A stretch of 64,000 nucleotides of DNA from contig DATESQ010000018.1 of NCBI GenBank assembly GCA_035283985.1, positions 344-64,343 on the forward strand. The letters run 5' to 3'. Both the position numbers and the translations under genes were made by a program. Source of the DNA: Thermoplasmata archaeon. Lineage in GTDB: Archaea > Thermoplasmatota > Thermoplasmata > RBG-16-68-12. Below the pieces are notes generated by a model that saw nothing but the letters and a program-made list of their open reading frames with translations, did no database searches and was not told the origin of the DNA. Shown here piece after piece: positions 49,379 to 59,779 of the stretch. Numbering within the stretch: the stretch's first letter is position 1; each line of letters opens with the position of its first letter.

Positions 49379-50473
49379 CTAGCCGACGACAATCAGCTCG
49401 CGCGGAGCGGTCGAGAGGACCTCGGGTTCGGACCTCGTGATCAGAACGTCGTCCTCGATGCGCACCCCGCCGAAGTCGGGGACGTACACGCCGGGCTCGT
49501 TCGTGAACACCATCCCTGCCTTCAGGACGAGCGTGCTCACAGAGTTCAGGCCCGCCCCGTCGTGCACCGCGAGGCCAAGGCTGTGGCCGACGCCGTGGAT
49601 GAACCGCCCCTTGTACTTCGTCGAGTCGATGAGGGCCCGGGCGGCAGCGTCGACGGACTTCCCCTTCACGCCGACCCGCATTTTCGCCATCGCGGCGTCC
49701 TGCGCCCGCCGGACGGTCTCGTACATCTCCCGGTGCTTCGCCGTCACCGCGCCGACGACGACGGTCCTCGTGATGTCGGAGTGGTACATGCCGTACAGCG
49801 CCCCGTAGTCGATCACGACAAAGTCCCCGCGCTCGAGCTTCCGGGCTCCCGCCGTATAGTGGGGCTCCGCGGAATTCGGGCCGGACCCGACGATCGTCCG
49901 GAACGAGGCGCCCATAGCACCGTTCTTCTGCATCGTGTAGACGAGCTCCGCCGCGATCTCGCCCTCGGTGCGCCCGATCTCGATGAACGGGAGGATCTGC
50001 TCAAGCGACCGCGACGCGATATCGCATGCGCGGCGGATCTTCTCGACCTCCGCCGCGTCCTTCACGAGCCGGGCTTTCATCACGGCGTCCGCGACGTCGA
50101 CGAACTTCGCTGTCGGCGCGAGGCTCCTCAGCTCGAGAAACGCCCGGTGTGTTATCTCGGAGCCGTTGATTCCGATCGTCCGCCCGCCCTTGACCAGGCG
50201 CTTCATCTCCGCGAGGCGCTCGTCTCGAGTTCGATACACGCTAAGGGGAAGCCCGCCCTTCTTCGCGGCCTCCTCCTCGAGGGCTGACGTGATGATCTCG
50301 CACCGTCCGTCCGGGAAGAGCCACGCCGTGCAACCCTCGAACAGACCGTCCGTGAGGCCCGTCGCGTAGAAGAACGACATGTCAATGTGCGGCTCCGTGG
50401 CGTTCGAGAACACGATGACGTCCGGCAAGCGGTCGAGGTGACGATAGATTGCGGTCACCCGGTTCTGTACCAC
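49379..50473 (-). CDS. M24 Xaa-Pro peptidase
   Basis: PH, D.GA...Y.SDITRT, H..GH.LGL.VH, EPG.Y, GVRIEDD. Confidence 0.92.
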   Translation of the reverse strand: MVQNRVTAIYRHLDRLPDVIVFSNATEPHIDMSFFYATGLTDGLFEGCTAWLFPDGRCEIITSALEEEAAKKGGLPLSVYRTRDERLAEMKRLVKGGRTIGINGSEITHRAFLELRSLAPTAKFVDVADAVMKARLVKDAAEVEKIRRACDIASRSLEQILPFIEIGRTEGEIAAELVYTMQKNGAMGASFRTIVGSGPNSAEPHYTAGARKLERGDFVVIDYGALYGMYHSDITRTVVVGAVTAKHREMYETVRRAQDAAMAKMRVGVKGKSVDAAARALIDSTKYKGRFIHGVGHSLGLAVHDGAGLNSVSTLVLKAGMVFTNEPGVYVPDFGGVRIEDDVLITRSEPEVLSTAPRELIVVG

Positions 50474-50623
50474 AGCTTTCCCCAGCCCGTCGCAAGGCCC
50501 GGTTCTGGAAAAAGGTTTGGACCGTCCCGGGATGGGATCAGTGCGGGCGAAGTCCTTCCTTCGGGTCCACCTCCACGGTCGTGCCGGAATCATTTAAGCG
50601 GGCCCCGCCCGTTCCGACGCCCG

Positions 50624-50965
50624 ATGGCGCGGCGCCGGAGGCGGGGCTCGGAGCGACGGATTGCCCTCGAGCGGATCGAGATTCTGTTCCGGCTCGCGGA
50701 GAAGGAGGCACTTCGCGGGAACGGGTCGCGAGCGAACCGGTACGCGTCCCTTGCAGCGAAAATCGGCATGCGGTACAACGTCCGAGTCCCGCGGGAGTTC
50801 AAGCGGCGGTACTGTCGGAAGTGCCATGCCTTTCTCGTACCCGGCGTGAACTGCCGCGTGCGGGTCTCCCGCGGGAAAATCACGTCGACGTGCGCGCTCT
50901 GCGGAGACATCCGCCGCTTCGCCTATGTCCGCGAGCAAGCGGCCCGACGGGCGGAGCGTCAGTAG
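50624..50965 (+). CDS. rnp4: RNase P protein Rpp21
   Basis: IA.ERI..LF, KRR.C..C...L.PG, C..CG..RRF. Confidence 0.92.
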   Translation: MARRRRRGSERRIALERIEILFRLAEKEALRGNGSRANRYASLAAKIGMRYNVRVPREFKRRYCRKCHAFLVPGVNCRVRVSRGKITSTCALCGDIRRFAYVREQAARRAERQ

Positions 50966-51804
50966 CTCGTCGTCATGTCGATCTTGCCGGCCTTCCGCGC
51001 AAGATATTCTCCGAGCTTGAAAACTCCGAGCGACAGGAGGAAGAAGGTCAGGCCCGACGCGAGCAGCAGCACGAGGATTCCCAAATCCGAGAAGTCCAGG
51101 AGTCCCGTCGAAATGTCATTCGCTGGCAGCAGAACCCGGTGGATCAAGTCAAACCAGTACGTGAGCGGTATCGCGCGGCTAATTCCCCATGCCCATGGCG
51201 GGAGGACGGTCAACGGGACCAGGACTCCGCAGAATACGTAGAAAATGCCAGGGATCCCTTGGGCGAGGCCTTGGGTGTGCCTCGCGATCATGAAGGAAAC
51301 ACCCGCCAGGCAAATGCCGATCGAGATGAGGCAGAACAAACCGAGCAGCAACGATGCGAGGAACAACGGGAACTCCGAGGACGTGAACTCGACACGAACA
51401 CCCAAGGCGAAGACACCGAACGCAATCGTGATGAGGACCGCGAGAGCGGCGACCGCGACCTTCGTCGACGCACGACCCACGATATATGTGTAATACGAAA
51501 TCGGCGAGACGTAGACGTAGCGGATCGTCTGATACCATTCCCGGTCCGACTGGACCACTTCGAACGTCCCTATTACAGCGCTCCCTACGAAGATGAAGAA
51601 GGCGTTTCCGACGAAGATGAAAGCGAACATGTCGGGATCTTGCAACCCACTGACCACGGCAAACACGAGATACATCAGGACCAGAATGAACGCTCCCGCC
51701 ACTGGCTTAACGACGCTGTACACTGCGAAGAGCCAAGGCTCGGTCCAGTTCGAGTCCATCTGCCAGCCGAGCCAGGCAGCCACCTTGAAGGTCCGCCAGT
51801 GAAT
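50959..51804 (-). CDS. ABC-2 type permease (start uncertain, possibly non-canonical)
   Basis: Six TMs; AAWLGWQ..SNW; P...LP.W...IS...PLTY. Confidence 0.85.
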   Translation of the reverse strand: MHWRTFKVAAWLGWQMDSNWTEPWLFAVYSVVKPVAGAFILVLMYLVFAVVSGLQDPDMFAFIFVGNAFFIFVGSAVIGTFEVVQSDREWYQTIRYVYVSPISYYTYIVGRASTKVAVAALAVLITIAFGVFALGVRVEFTSSEFPLFLASLLLGLFCLISIGICLAGVSFMIARHTQGLAQGIPGIFYVFCGVLVPLTVLPPWAWGISRAIPLTYWFDLIHRVLLPANDISTGLLDFSDLGILVLLLASGLTFFLLSLGVFKLGEYLARKAGKIDMTTSY

Positions 51805-51827
51805 CCTAGCGGTCGATGAGAGCGCCC

Positions 51828-52772
51828 CTACTGATGCCGTGAGGTTAACCTCCCTTCCCGCCGCGCCAGCGTTTCGAGGTACGCGAGGGCGTACCGCGCG
51901 AGTAGCAGGAACACCACCGCTAGGACGAGAAGAATCCCGAGCTCGATTTCGGGGGTGAACTTCACGCCAAATGCGTCAATGGGGAGAGAAAAGGCGCCTG
52001 GAAAGATCATCTGGCGCATCGCATCGAGCCCGACCGTCGCAGGAATGAACGTCGCAAATGTGAGCACCGCCCGACCCCAACCTCCCATTCGAGCGAACCC
52101 GCCCGCCGGGAAGTTGAAGCCGCTCGCGAAGTAGATCGGCTCCTCGAGGAGCGCGGACAGATGCCACGCCTCTCGACCCCAGAGGAGATAGAGCGAGGCG
52201 AGCGCCATCCCCATTCCGTACAGGGCGATGAGGGTCACGAAGAAGACAGCAAGGACGAGGAACGGGTTCGTGACCTGCAAGATGACGGAGAACACCACCA
52301 CGCCAACGACGAGCGTCGTCATCGCGCGGACGGACGTCATGAACATCCCTCCGACTGCCATCCCTCCGAGGAGGGCCATGCGAGACATCGGCGCCATCAT
52401 GTACAGCTGGAGGTTCCCGATCTCCTTTTCCCAGTAGAGCTGGGAGGCCATCGACCAGAGAACATTGAGCCAGAACGCGGTCATCGTGCCCCCGAGCACG
52501 ACCCCACCGATTAGGGCATTCGTCCCCGCAATCGTCGCGGCTCTCTGCGCCTCCGTGAGCGCCGGGTCCAAGAGGACGCGATTCGCGAGCGCCTGGTAGA
52601 TGAAGACGTACGCGGCGATGCCGAGGAGAGGGAGGACTGCCTCGAAAAAGACCCACGAGGGCTCGCGGTTCGCGCCAATCACCCGCGGGTAGGCGCGCCC
52701 GACGACCGCCTTGAGATTCAGTCGCAGACGGTGCGACAATCCCGAAGGTACGGCAGGCGTCCCGACGCTCAT
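51828..52772 (-). CDS. ABC-2 type permease
   Basis: Six TMs; WEK..GNL.LY..AP; adjacent to ABC ATPase. Confidence 0.85.
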   Translation of the reverse strand: MSVGTPAVPSGLSHRLRLNLKAVVGRAYPRVIGANREPSWVFFEAVLPLLGIAAYVFIYQALANRVLLDPALTEAQRAATIAGTNALIGGVVLGGTMTAFWLNVLWSMASQLYWEKEIGNLQLYMMAPMSRMALLGGMAVGGMFMTSVRAMTTLVVGVVVFSVILQVTNPFLVLAVFFVTLIALYGMGMALASLYLLWGREAWHLSALLEEPIYFASGFNFPAGGFARMGGWGRAVLTFATFIPATVGLDAMRQMIFPGAFSLPIDAFGVKFTPEIELGILLVLAVVFLLLARYALAYLETLARREGRLTSRHQ

Positions 52773-53785
52773 TCGAGGCCCCTCCCGACCATGCTAATGA
52801 ACACGTCCTCAAGCGTTGGTTCCGACTTCTGGAGGTAGTGGACCTTCGAGCCTTGGCCCTGGATCGTCGACAGAATGTCCGCCACTGCGGCCTCATCCTC
52901 CAGGATGAAAGTCAGGTTTGTCGTGTTCTTCCCGATGTCGTTCTTTGCCGAGAAGTTCTTGATGCCCACGATCCCGCCGAAGATCGACGTCGACTTCAGC
53001 GCGTCGACCTCAAGTCGGAACGTTGTGTCCTTCCGAATCCGTCGCTTCAGGTTCTCGGGCGAGTCACAGGCGAGGATCTTGCCGTGGTCGATGACGGCAA
53101 TCCGATCGCACATCTCGTCCGCCTCCATCATGTAATGCGTCGTGAGGAGGACGGTCTTCCCGGTTCTTTTCCGAACCCACTGCATCACGTAGTCCCGGGT
53201 CACCCGGCTCGCGTTCACGTCGAGACCGAGCGTGGGCTCGTCGAGGAACAAGATCTCCGGGTCCGTCACGAACCCACGGATCATGTTCATCTTTTGTCGC
53301 TGGCCGCTCGACAGCGTGCGGACTTTCGCGTCCCGCTTTTCCCACAAGCCGAACGTGTGGAGGAGCTCGTCGATTCGTTCCTTCGCGACCTTGCTCGGGA
53401 CCCCGTAGAACTGGGAGAACATCCAGACGTTCTCGCGGGTCGTCAGGAGCCCGTAGCCGCTCGTCTCCCCGCCGCTCACCATGTTGATCTTCTCGCGAAT
53501 CGGGAACACGTCCCTCGTCACCTCGTGGCCCGCCACCCAGGCTTGGCCGGTCGTCGGGAGGAGGAGCGTGCAGAGAATCTTGATCAAGGTCGTCTTCCCC
53601 GCCCCGTTCGGCCCGAGGAGGCCGAACAGCTCGCCCTCTGCGATCTGGATGGAGACATGGTCCAGGGCGGTCACCGGGCCCTCCTTCCACTCGTTCTCGC
53701 CGGTCGAGCTTCGCTTCCTCTTGATGAGCTTCCGCGGTGGCTTGAAGACCCGTACGAGGTCCTTCGCTTCAATCGCAAACGTCAT
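52769..53785 (-). CDS. ABC transporter ATP-binding protein
   Basis: GPNGAGKTT, LSSGQRQK, LDEPT, TTH. Confidence 0.95.
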   Translation of the reverse strand: MTFAIEAKDLVRVFKPPRKLIKRKRSSTGENEWKEGPVTALDHVSIQIAEGELFGLLGPNGAGKTTLIKILCTLLLPTTGQAWVAGHEVTRDVFPIREKINMVSGGETSGYGLLTTRENVWMFSQFYGVPSKVAKERIDELLHTFGLWEKRDAKVRTLSSGQRQKMNMIRGFVTDPEILFLDEPTLGLDVNASRVTRDYVMQWVRKRTGKTVLLTTHYMMEADEMCDRIAVIDHGKILACDSPENLKRRIRKDTTFRLEVDALKSTSIFGGIVGIKNFSAKNDIGKNTTNLTFILEDEAAVADILSTIQGQGSKVHYLQKSEPTLEDVFISMVGRGLE

Positions 53786-53850
53786 GGTCCGCTTCGTGCC
53801 ACGGTGCTGTGCGGAGCCACCCTCCCGAGAAGCACGGAGACTTGCGGGGA

Positions 53851-54054
53851 TCAGGACGCCCGTAAGAGTTGGCGGTAGCGAGTCACGTAGCCGGCGATCT
53901 TGTTCCGCATCCGCTGGTATTGTACGTCCGTGAGCTCGTCGACCTTCCGCTTGTTGTGCTCGAAGTCGTCCGTGAACTCGTTCGGGTACAACTTGACCAG
54001 TTCAATCGCGACGCGCTTGATGTAGGTCGGCCGGATGTTTCCCAATTCGTTCAC
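53851..54054 (-). CDS. rps17e: 30S ribosomal protein S17e
   Basis: GNIRP..IKR, F..DF..NK, RNKIAGY.TR. Confidence 0.95.
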   Translation of the reverse strand: MNELGNIRPTYIKRVAIELVKLYPNEFTDDFEHNKRKVDELTDVQYQRMRNKIAGYVTRYRQLLRAS

Positions 54055-54316
54055 TCCACATGAGTTCGTGGCGAACGCGTCCGATGAGCGGCTTCTATTT
54101 CAACGTTGCGCGGGGGAGGGCGAAGAGCGGCTATCCGTTCGACACCGTCGTTCCGTCGGAGGACGGACCCACCGTCCGACCTCCGCGGGACCGGCGGGCC
54201 GCGAAACCAACGCCATTAGTGCAATCGTCGCGAACCCGGTCGGCAACGCTTATATAGAGAACCCCTTTACGCTTTTTTCAAGTTGTAGCACGCGTGACGA
54301 ACGCGGAGGGCATTCC

Positions 54317-54484
54317 ATGGAAGAGTCGCTGGTCAATGTCGAGTTCATAAAGAGCTCGAACCGCTACATCGCGCGGATCCAGAGCGAGATCGGCGGGGTG
54401 CGGGAGTACACCAGCAACTCTTTCGAGGAGGTCCTCGAGCAGGTCGTAATCGACCTGCAGGAAGAGGCCGAGTCGTACGAGTAG
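54317..54484 (+). CDS. Small acidic hypothetical protein (55 aa)
   Basis: TTATATA box, GGAGG SD, ATG; fills the gap before the convergent enoyl-CoA hydratase gene. Confidence 0.7.
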   Translation: MEESLVNVEFIKSSNRYIARIQSEIGGVREYTSNSFEEVLEQVVIDLQEEAESYE

Positions 54485-55261
54485 TCACTCGCCCTTGAAG
54501 GCGGGTTTTCGCTTCTCCAAGAACGCGCGCATCCCTTCGACTTTGTCCTCCGTCGCACCGGCGAGCCCGAACGCCTCCGTTTCGAACGAGAGGCCGGCGC
54601 TCAAGGACGTCTCGAGGGCTTGATGGATCGCAGCCTTCGCAAGCGCGATCGCGCGGGGACCCTTCTCGAGAATCTTGCGGGCCATCGCCTTTGCCTCCTC
54701 GAGGAGCCGTTCGTGAGCGACGACGTGGTTCACGAGGCCGATTCGCTCCGCGGTCGCGGCGTCAATGGCATCGCCGGTGAAGACGAGCTCCGAGGCCCAG
54801 CCCGCGCCGACGAGGCGCGCCATACGCTGCGTCCCGCCAAATCCGGGAAGGATCGCGAGGTTTACCTCCGGCTGGCCGATCTTCGCGCGGTTCGATGCGA
54901 GCCGGATGTCGCACGCGAGTGCGAGTTCGCAGCCCCCGCCCAGAGCATAGCCGTTGATCGCGGCGATAATCGGCTGCGGCGCTTTCGCCATGACCTCGCC
55001 GACCCGGCGGCCCTTCTGCGAGAAGTCCCGCATCTCGACGCCCGATTTCCCAACCATCTCTGCGATGTCCGCGCCCGCGACGAACGCCTTCTCCCCGCCG
55101 CCCGTGAGGATCACGACGCCGACATCCTTCCGGCGCGCGATCGACGTGAATGTCTGCGTGAGCTCATCGAGGACCTCCGAGTTCAGCGCATTCACCGGCG
55201 GGCGGTCAATCGTGACGAGGGCGATCCGCCCCGCGACGTCGACCTTCACGAATCCCGCCAT
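54485..55261 (-). CDS. Enoyl-CoA hydratase/crotonase
   Basis: AF.AGADI, GYALGGGCELA..CD, QPE...PG.GGTQR. Confidence 0.93.
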   Translation of the reverse strand: MAGFVKVDVAGRIALVTIDRPPVNALNSEVLDELTQTFTSIARRKDVGVVILTGGGEKAFVAGADIAEMVGKSGVEMRDFSQKGRRVGEVMAKAPQPIIAAINGYALGGGCELALACDIRLASNRAKIGQPEVNLAILPGFGGTQRMARLVGAGWASELVFTGDAIDAATAERIGLVNHVVAHERLLEEAKAMARKILEKGPRAIALAKAAIHQALETSLSAGLSFETEAFGLAGATEDKVEGMRAFLEKRKPAFKGE

Positions 55262-55265
55262 GGGC

Positions 55266-56138
55266 TCACTTCTCGCCCGTGTAATCGTATACGCCCCGCC
55301 CGGACTTCCGGCCGAGCCGGCCCGCTCGGACGTACTTCCGCAGGAGGGGCGAGGGTCGGAACTTCGGGTCCCCCGTCTCCCGGTACAGGACCTCCATCAC
55401 GTCGAGGCCGACGTCGAGGCCCGTATAGTCCGCAAGTTCGAATGGACCCATCGGCATGTTCGTGCCGAGCTTCATCGCCTTGTCGATGTCTTCCGGGCTC
55501 GCGACGCCCTCCATGAGGAGGTTGAACGCCTCGTTCATCATCGGGACGAGAAGGCGGTTCACGACGAACCCGGGGGCCTCCATCACGTCGACGGGCTCCT
55601 TCCCGAGCTTTATCGCGAACGCCCTCGCGAACGCGACCGATGCGTCGCTCGTCTCGGAGCCCCGGATCAATTCGATGAGCCTCATCACGGGCGCGGGGTT
55701 GAAGAAGTGCATCCCGACGAACCGGTCCGGCCGCCTCGTCGAATTCGCCATCTCCGTGATGCTGAGGGACGACGTGTTCGACGCGAAGATCACGTCGGCC
55801 GGGCAGAGTTCGTCAAGCTCCGCGAAGAGGGCCTTCTTCGGATCCATCTTCTCGATGATCGCCTCGATGACGACCTGCGCGCCGGCTACAGCCTCCCTGA
55901 GGTCCACGGTGCCCTTGATGTTCGCAAGGATCCGGTCGACGTCCTCCTCTGTCATCTTCCCCTTGTCGACGCGCTTCATCAGCGGCTCTCGGATCCGGCG
56001 GAACCCGCCATCGACGAACCGTTGCTCGATGTCCCGCATCGCGACCTGGTAGCCCGCCTGGGAGCACACCTGCGCGATCCCCGCGCCCATCGCCCCCGCG
56101 CCGATGACCGCGACCTTCCGGACCTGATTCACATCCAT
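55266..56138 (-). CDS. 3-hydroxybutyryl/3-hydroxyacyl-CoA dehydrogenase
   Basis: GAGAMGAGIA, SNTSS, GMHFFNP, PGFVVNR, PMGP...D..GLD. Confidence 0.94.
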   Translation of the reverse strand: MDVNQVRKVAVIGAGAMGAGIAQVCSQAGYQVAMRDIEQRFVDGGFRRIREPLMKRVDKGKMTEEDVDRILANIKGTVDLREAVAGAQVVIEAIIEKMDPKKALFAELDELCPADVIFASNTSSLSITEMANSTRRPDRFVGMHFFNPAPVMRLIELIRGSETSDASVAFARAFAIKLGKEPVDVMEAPGFVVNRLLVPMMNEAFNLLMEGVASPEDIDKAMKLGTNMPMGPFELADYTGLDVGLDVMEVLYRETGDPKFRPSPLLRKYVRAGRLGRKSGRGVYDYTGEK

Positions 56139-56256
56139 CTCGGGCCCCTCCCTGGCTCAGGAACGTGACACGTTATTTGAAGGTAGCCACAGGACCCACG
56201 GACGGAGCGCCGCGACCCGCGAACCTACATAAGCGGGACGCCGCATCGCCACCTAG

Positions 56257-57150
56257 ATGGCACGGGGGCCGTACGCGGCCATCGCGGTGGCGATCGTCGC
56301 CGTCTCGTTCTCCTCGATTTTCATCCGGTGGTCGACGTCGGATGCAATCACGATCGCGCTCTACCGGCTCACGTTCGCGTCCCTCATCCTGATCCCGTTC
56401 GCGGCGGGGGACCGCTCGACGCCGTTGCAGCAAGTCCGGAAGCGGGATCTCGCCCTCATGGCGGGGATTGGCGTCGCACTCGCGGCCCACTTCGCGTTCT
56501 GGATCACATCACTGAAGACGGAGGGCGTCACCGTCGCAAGCTCCGTCGTCCTCGTCACGTCCCATCCTGTGTTCGTCGCCATTGTCTCGCATTTCGCGAT
56601 GGGGGAACGGGTGAGCGCACCGACCGCCGTCGGAATCGGCCTCGGATTCACGGGCGTGACCGCGATTGCCGTCGCGGACGCGGCCATCTCGAGCACGACA
56701 GTCGTCGGCGACGTGTTCGCGTTCCTCGGGGGCATCATGGCGGGAATTTACTTCCTCGCGGGTCGACGACTCCGGCAGCGCGTCTCGCTTCCCGTCTACG
56801 CGCTCGTCGTCTACTCGACCGCCGCGATCACGCTGTTCGTCCTCGCGGCCGCCGCGGGAGCCCTCCTCCCGACCGGCGATCTCCGTCGAGAGCTCGTCCT
56901 GTTCCTCGCGATGGCGGCAATCCCGCAGATTGGCGGCCATACCCTGTATAACTGGTCCCTCCGCTTCGTAACCGCACCCGTCGTGTCCCTCAGCCTCGTG
57001 GGCGAACCGATCGGATCGTCACTCCTCGCATGGCTCCTTCTCGCGGAAACGCCCACGACGCTCGTCGCGCTCGGAGGATTCCTGGCGCTGGCGGGCATCT
57101 TCCTGACGGCGTACTCGAGCTACTCCGGACTCGCGTCATCGAAAGCCTAG
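56257..57150 (+). CDS. EamA/DMT-family transporter
   Basis: Ten TMs in two EamA repeats; HF..W..SL; GH..YNW.L. Confidence 0.9.
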   Translation: MARGPYAAIAVAIVAVSFSSIFIRWSTSDAITIALYRLTFASLILIPFAAGDRSTPLQQVRKRDLALMAGIGVALAAHFAFWITSLKTEGVTVASSVVLVTSHPVFVAIVSHFAMGERVSAPTAVGIGLGFTGVTAIAVADAAISSTTVVGDVFAFLGGIMAGIYFLAGRRLRQRVSLPVYALVVYSTAAITLFVLAAAAGALLPTGDLRRELVLFLAMAAIPQIGGHTLYNWSLRFVTAPVVSLSLVGEPIGSSLLAWLLLAETPTTLVALGGFLALAGIFLTAYSSYSGLASSKA

Positions 57151-58754
57151 ATAGCTTCGAACGCCGCTCCCTTCCGCTCGAACTGCTTCGCGTAGAGCTG
57201 TTTCAGCCGGTCGTATGTGTTGACGTCGTTCGGTCCCTTGTCGTCGCGGATTCTCGTGACCCGCGCGAAGCGAAGGGCGAACCCGGAGGGATAGTGCGGG
57301 CTCCGCTGGACCTCGTTGTACGCGACCTCAACGACGACCTCGGGCCGGACGTGGACGACCCATGGCTCCTCCCGCTCCTTCAGCTCGAGGAGTCGCTGCG
57401 TCATCCGATCGAACTCCTTGTCCGTGAGTCCCTTGAACGTCTTCCCGATCATCTGGAATGCGCCCGCCGCCTCGTCTCGTACCGCGAGCCAGTAGTTCGA
57501 GAGCCAACCCTCCCGGCGGCCATGGCCCCACTCCGCCGCGATAATCGCGCAGTCGAGCGTGTCCGCCCGCTTGATCTTGAACCACTTCTTCCCCCGCTTC
57601 CCGACCGTGTACGTCGAGTCGAGTTGCTTTGCCATGAGCCCCTCGTGGCCGGCTTCGATCGCTTCCTTCAGGAAAGCCTCAATCTCCGCACGGCTCGACG
57701 TTACGATCCGCTCCGCGAGGACCTCGGCAGGCGCGAGCCGCTCGAGGGCGGCCCATCGCTCCCGGTAGGGCGCGTTGATGAGCGTGCGGCCATCGACGTG
57801 AAGGAGATCGAAGAGGTGCAGCCGAAGAGGGATCTCCCGCCGAAGCGCGTCGATGTCGTGGACGCGACGGAAGCGGCGCATGAGCTCCTGGAAGGGGCGC
57901 GGGCGACCCCGTTCGTCGATCGCGACGACTTCGCCTTCGAGGACGCACGATGATGCCCGGAGGGACCGCGCGATCTCGACGACCTCCGGGAGGCTCTTCG
58001 TCACGTCGGAGAGGCGGCGGCTGAACACCTTCACTCGGTCTCCGTCGCGGTGGATTTGGATGCGGGCGCCGTCGAACTTGTACTCGGCCGCAGTGGTGCC
58101 GCCATGCTCCTCGAGGACATCGTCGAGGTCCTCCGCTATCTCCGCCATCATCGGCTTCACGGGAGACAGGAGACGGAGCTCGAAGGACGCGAGTCCCTCC
58201 GCACCGTTGAAGAGCGCGACCTCGGCAACCTTGCCCAAGTCTCCGAGGAACATGTGCGCGGTCCGCACAGTCTCCACATCGACCTTCGCGGCGTCCGCGA
58301 TCGCTTCGAGCATCACGCCTTCGTTCACGCCAATCCGCATCTCGCCGAAGATGTTCTTCAGGAGGATCTCCTGTTCCTCGCGCGTCGCCTGACCGAGAAG
58401 GCTCTGCAAGAGCCGCTGCCGTACGCGCACGGAATCCGGCCCGCTCGCGGCGGCGATTTCTTCGAAGGCGCGACGGACGTCAAGAATCGTGAGAGGGCGT
58501 GCATCGAGCCTCGCTTGGCGCGTCGCACCGAGCGCTTTCTGGAGGGTCGCCCATCCGACTTTCAGGGCTTTGGAGTCCGCCTCGGGGAAGATCCGGCCGA
58601 CGATCAGGAGGACGGCGGAGCTCACCTCATCGCGGTTCAGGCTATGGAGGAATTCCGCGATCAGCCGCCGCTTCTCGAGGCGCTTCGACCTCGCCGCGAG
58701 CTGCCGCACGAGAGCATCGATGGAGGCGAACGGAGTCCCTGATGTCGTGGCCAT
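57147..58754 (-). CDS. lig: ATP-dependent DNA ligase with N-terminal DNA-binding domain
   Basis: EYKFDG.R.Q.H, EGLMAK, W.KIK, AEWG.GRR, ALRF.R...R.DK. Confidence 0.93.
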   Translation of the reverse strand: MATTSGTPFASIDALVRQLAARSKRLEKRRLIAEFLHSLNRDEVSSAVLLIVGRIFPEADSKALKVGWATLQKALGATRQARLDARPLTILDVRRAFEEIAAASGPDSVRVRQRLLQSLLGQATREEQEILLKNIFGEMRIGVNEGVMLEAIADAAKVDVETVRTAHMFLGDLGKVAEVALFNGAEGLASFELRLLSPVKPMMAEIAEDLDDVLEEHGGTTAAEYKFDGARIQIHRDGDRVKVFSRRLSDVTKSLPEVVEIARSLRASSCVLEGEVVAIDERGRPRPFQELMRRFRRVHDIDALRREIPLRLHLFDLLHVDGRTLINAPYRERWAALERLAPAEVLAERIVTSSRAEIEAFLKEAIEAGHEGLMAKQLDSTYTVGKRGKKWFKIKRADTLDCAIIAAEWGHGRREGWLSNYWLAVRDEAAGAFQMIGKTFKGLTDKEFDRMTQRLLELKEREEPWVVHVRPEVVVEVAYNEVQRSPHYPSGFALRFARVTRIRDDKGPNDVNTYDRLKQLYAKQFERKGAAFEAI

Positions 58755-58767
58755 GACGCTTGACGAT

Positions 58768-59682
58768 TCAGCGGTCGGCACTTAACCCTTCGGAACGCGC
58801 GACCGGCTCGCGATACATCACGACGACGCCGATCGCCATGATCGCACCCCCGAGAGCCTGGATCGGCGTGAGCGGGAAGCCAAAAGCGACCGCGATTGCG
58901 ACACCGAACGCGGCGGACGTCGCGAGGATCGCCCCGACCCGGAGCGCACCAATGCGGCGCATCGCGAAGTAGAAGAGGTACGTGAACGCCGCAGCGCCGG
59001 TGAGGGCGAGGACCAGCAGAAGCGGGAGGTGCTGCGATGCGATAATCGGACTCCCGCCGCTCCCGAGGAGAAGGGCGCTCAGAAAAAGCGCGCCGAAGGA
59101 GAGCTTCACGCACACGAACGATGGGATGTCGTGCCGCATCGTCACGATACGACTCACAGTATTGTCCACACCCCAGCACATCGCCGCCAAGACCAGGAGG
59201 ATGTTCCCCAGGATCGCCGACCCGAAGTCGGCGTCGACCTGCTCGAGGTTCAGCGTTACAAGAAGGGCACCGCCAAGGATCGCGGCGCTTGCGACGTACC
59301 CGCCCCGTCTGAGCCGCTCCCGGAGGACGACGAACGCGAGGACGACCGTGAAGAGGCCCTCCGTGTTCGAAATGAGCGTGGCATTCACCGGCGTCGTGAG
59401 GTTCAGTCCGGTGAAGTAAAGGGACGGCGCGAGAAGCCCGCCGAACGTTGCGGAGATGAGAGTGAGCCTCCACTCCCGTGACGAAAGGCGGAGCCTCCAT
59501 AGGAACGGCGCGAACGTAACCGCAGAGACGGCCTGCACGAACCACGCCACAGTGAGCGGCGGGACATCTCGGAGCACGAACTTCCCAGCGGTCGCCCACA
59601 TTCCGAAGAGAAACGCACCGAGGAGGATCGCCGCGTATCCGGCCCGTTGATTTGACACGCTGGGGCATTCAGAGATACGCAC
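58768..59682 (-). CDS. EamA/DMT-family transporter
   Basis: Two EamA repeats, hydrophobic; start uncertain. Confidence 0.85.
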   Translation of the reverse strand: MRISECPSVSNQRAGYAAILLGAFLFGMWATAGKFVLRDVPPLTVAWFVQAVSAVTFAPFLWRLRLSSREWRLTLISATFGGLLAPSLYFTGLNLTTPVNATLISNTEGLFTVVLAFVVLRERLRRGGYVASAAILGGALLVTLNLEQVDADFGSAILGNILLVLAAMCWGVDNTVSRIVTMRHDIPSFVCVKLSFGALFLSALLLGSGGSPIIASQHLPLLLVLALTGAAAFTYLFYFAMRRIGALRVGAILATSAAFGVAIAVAFGFPLTPIQALGGAIMAIGVVVMYREPVARSEGLSADR

Positions 59683-59779
59683 ATAGAGCTTGCCGAGGAC
59701 GCAAAGTGCGCCTCATCTCGAGGAGGAACGGGAGCGCTAAGGGTTAAATCATGGAAACAATACGGGGAGCGGGTGGAAA

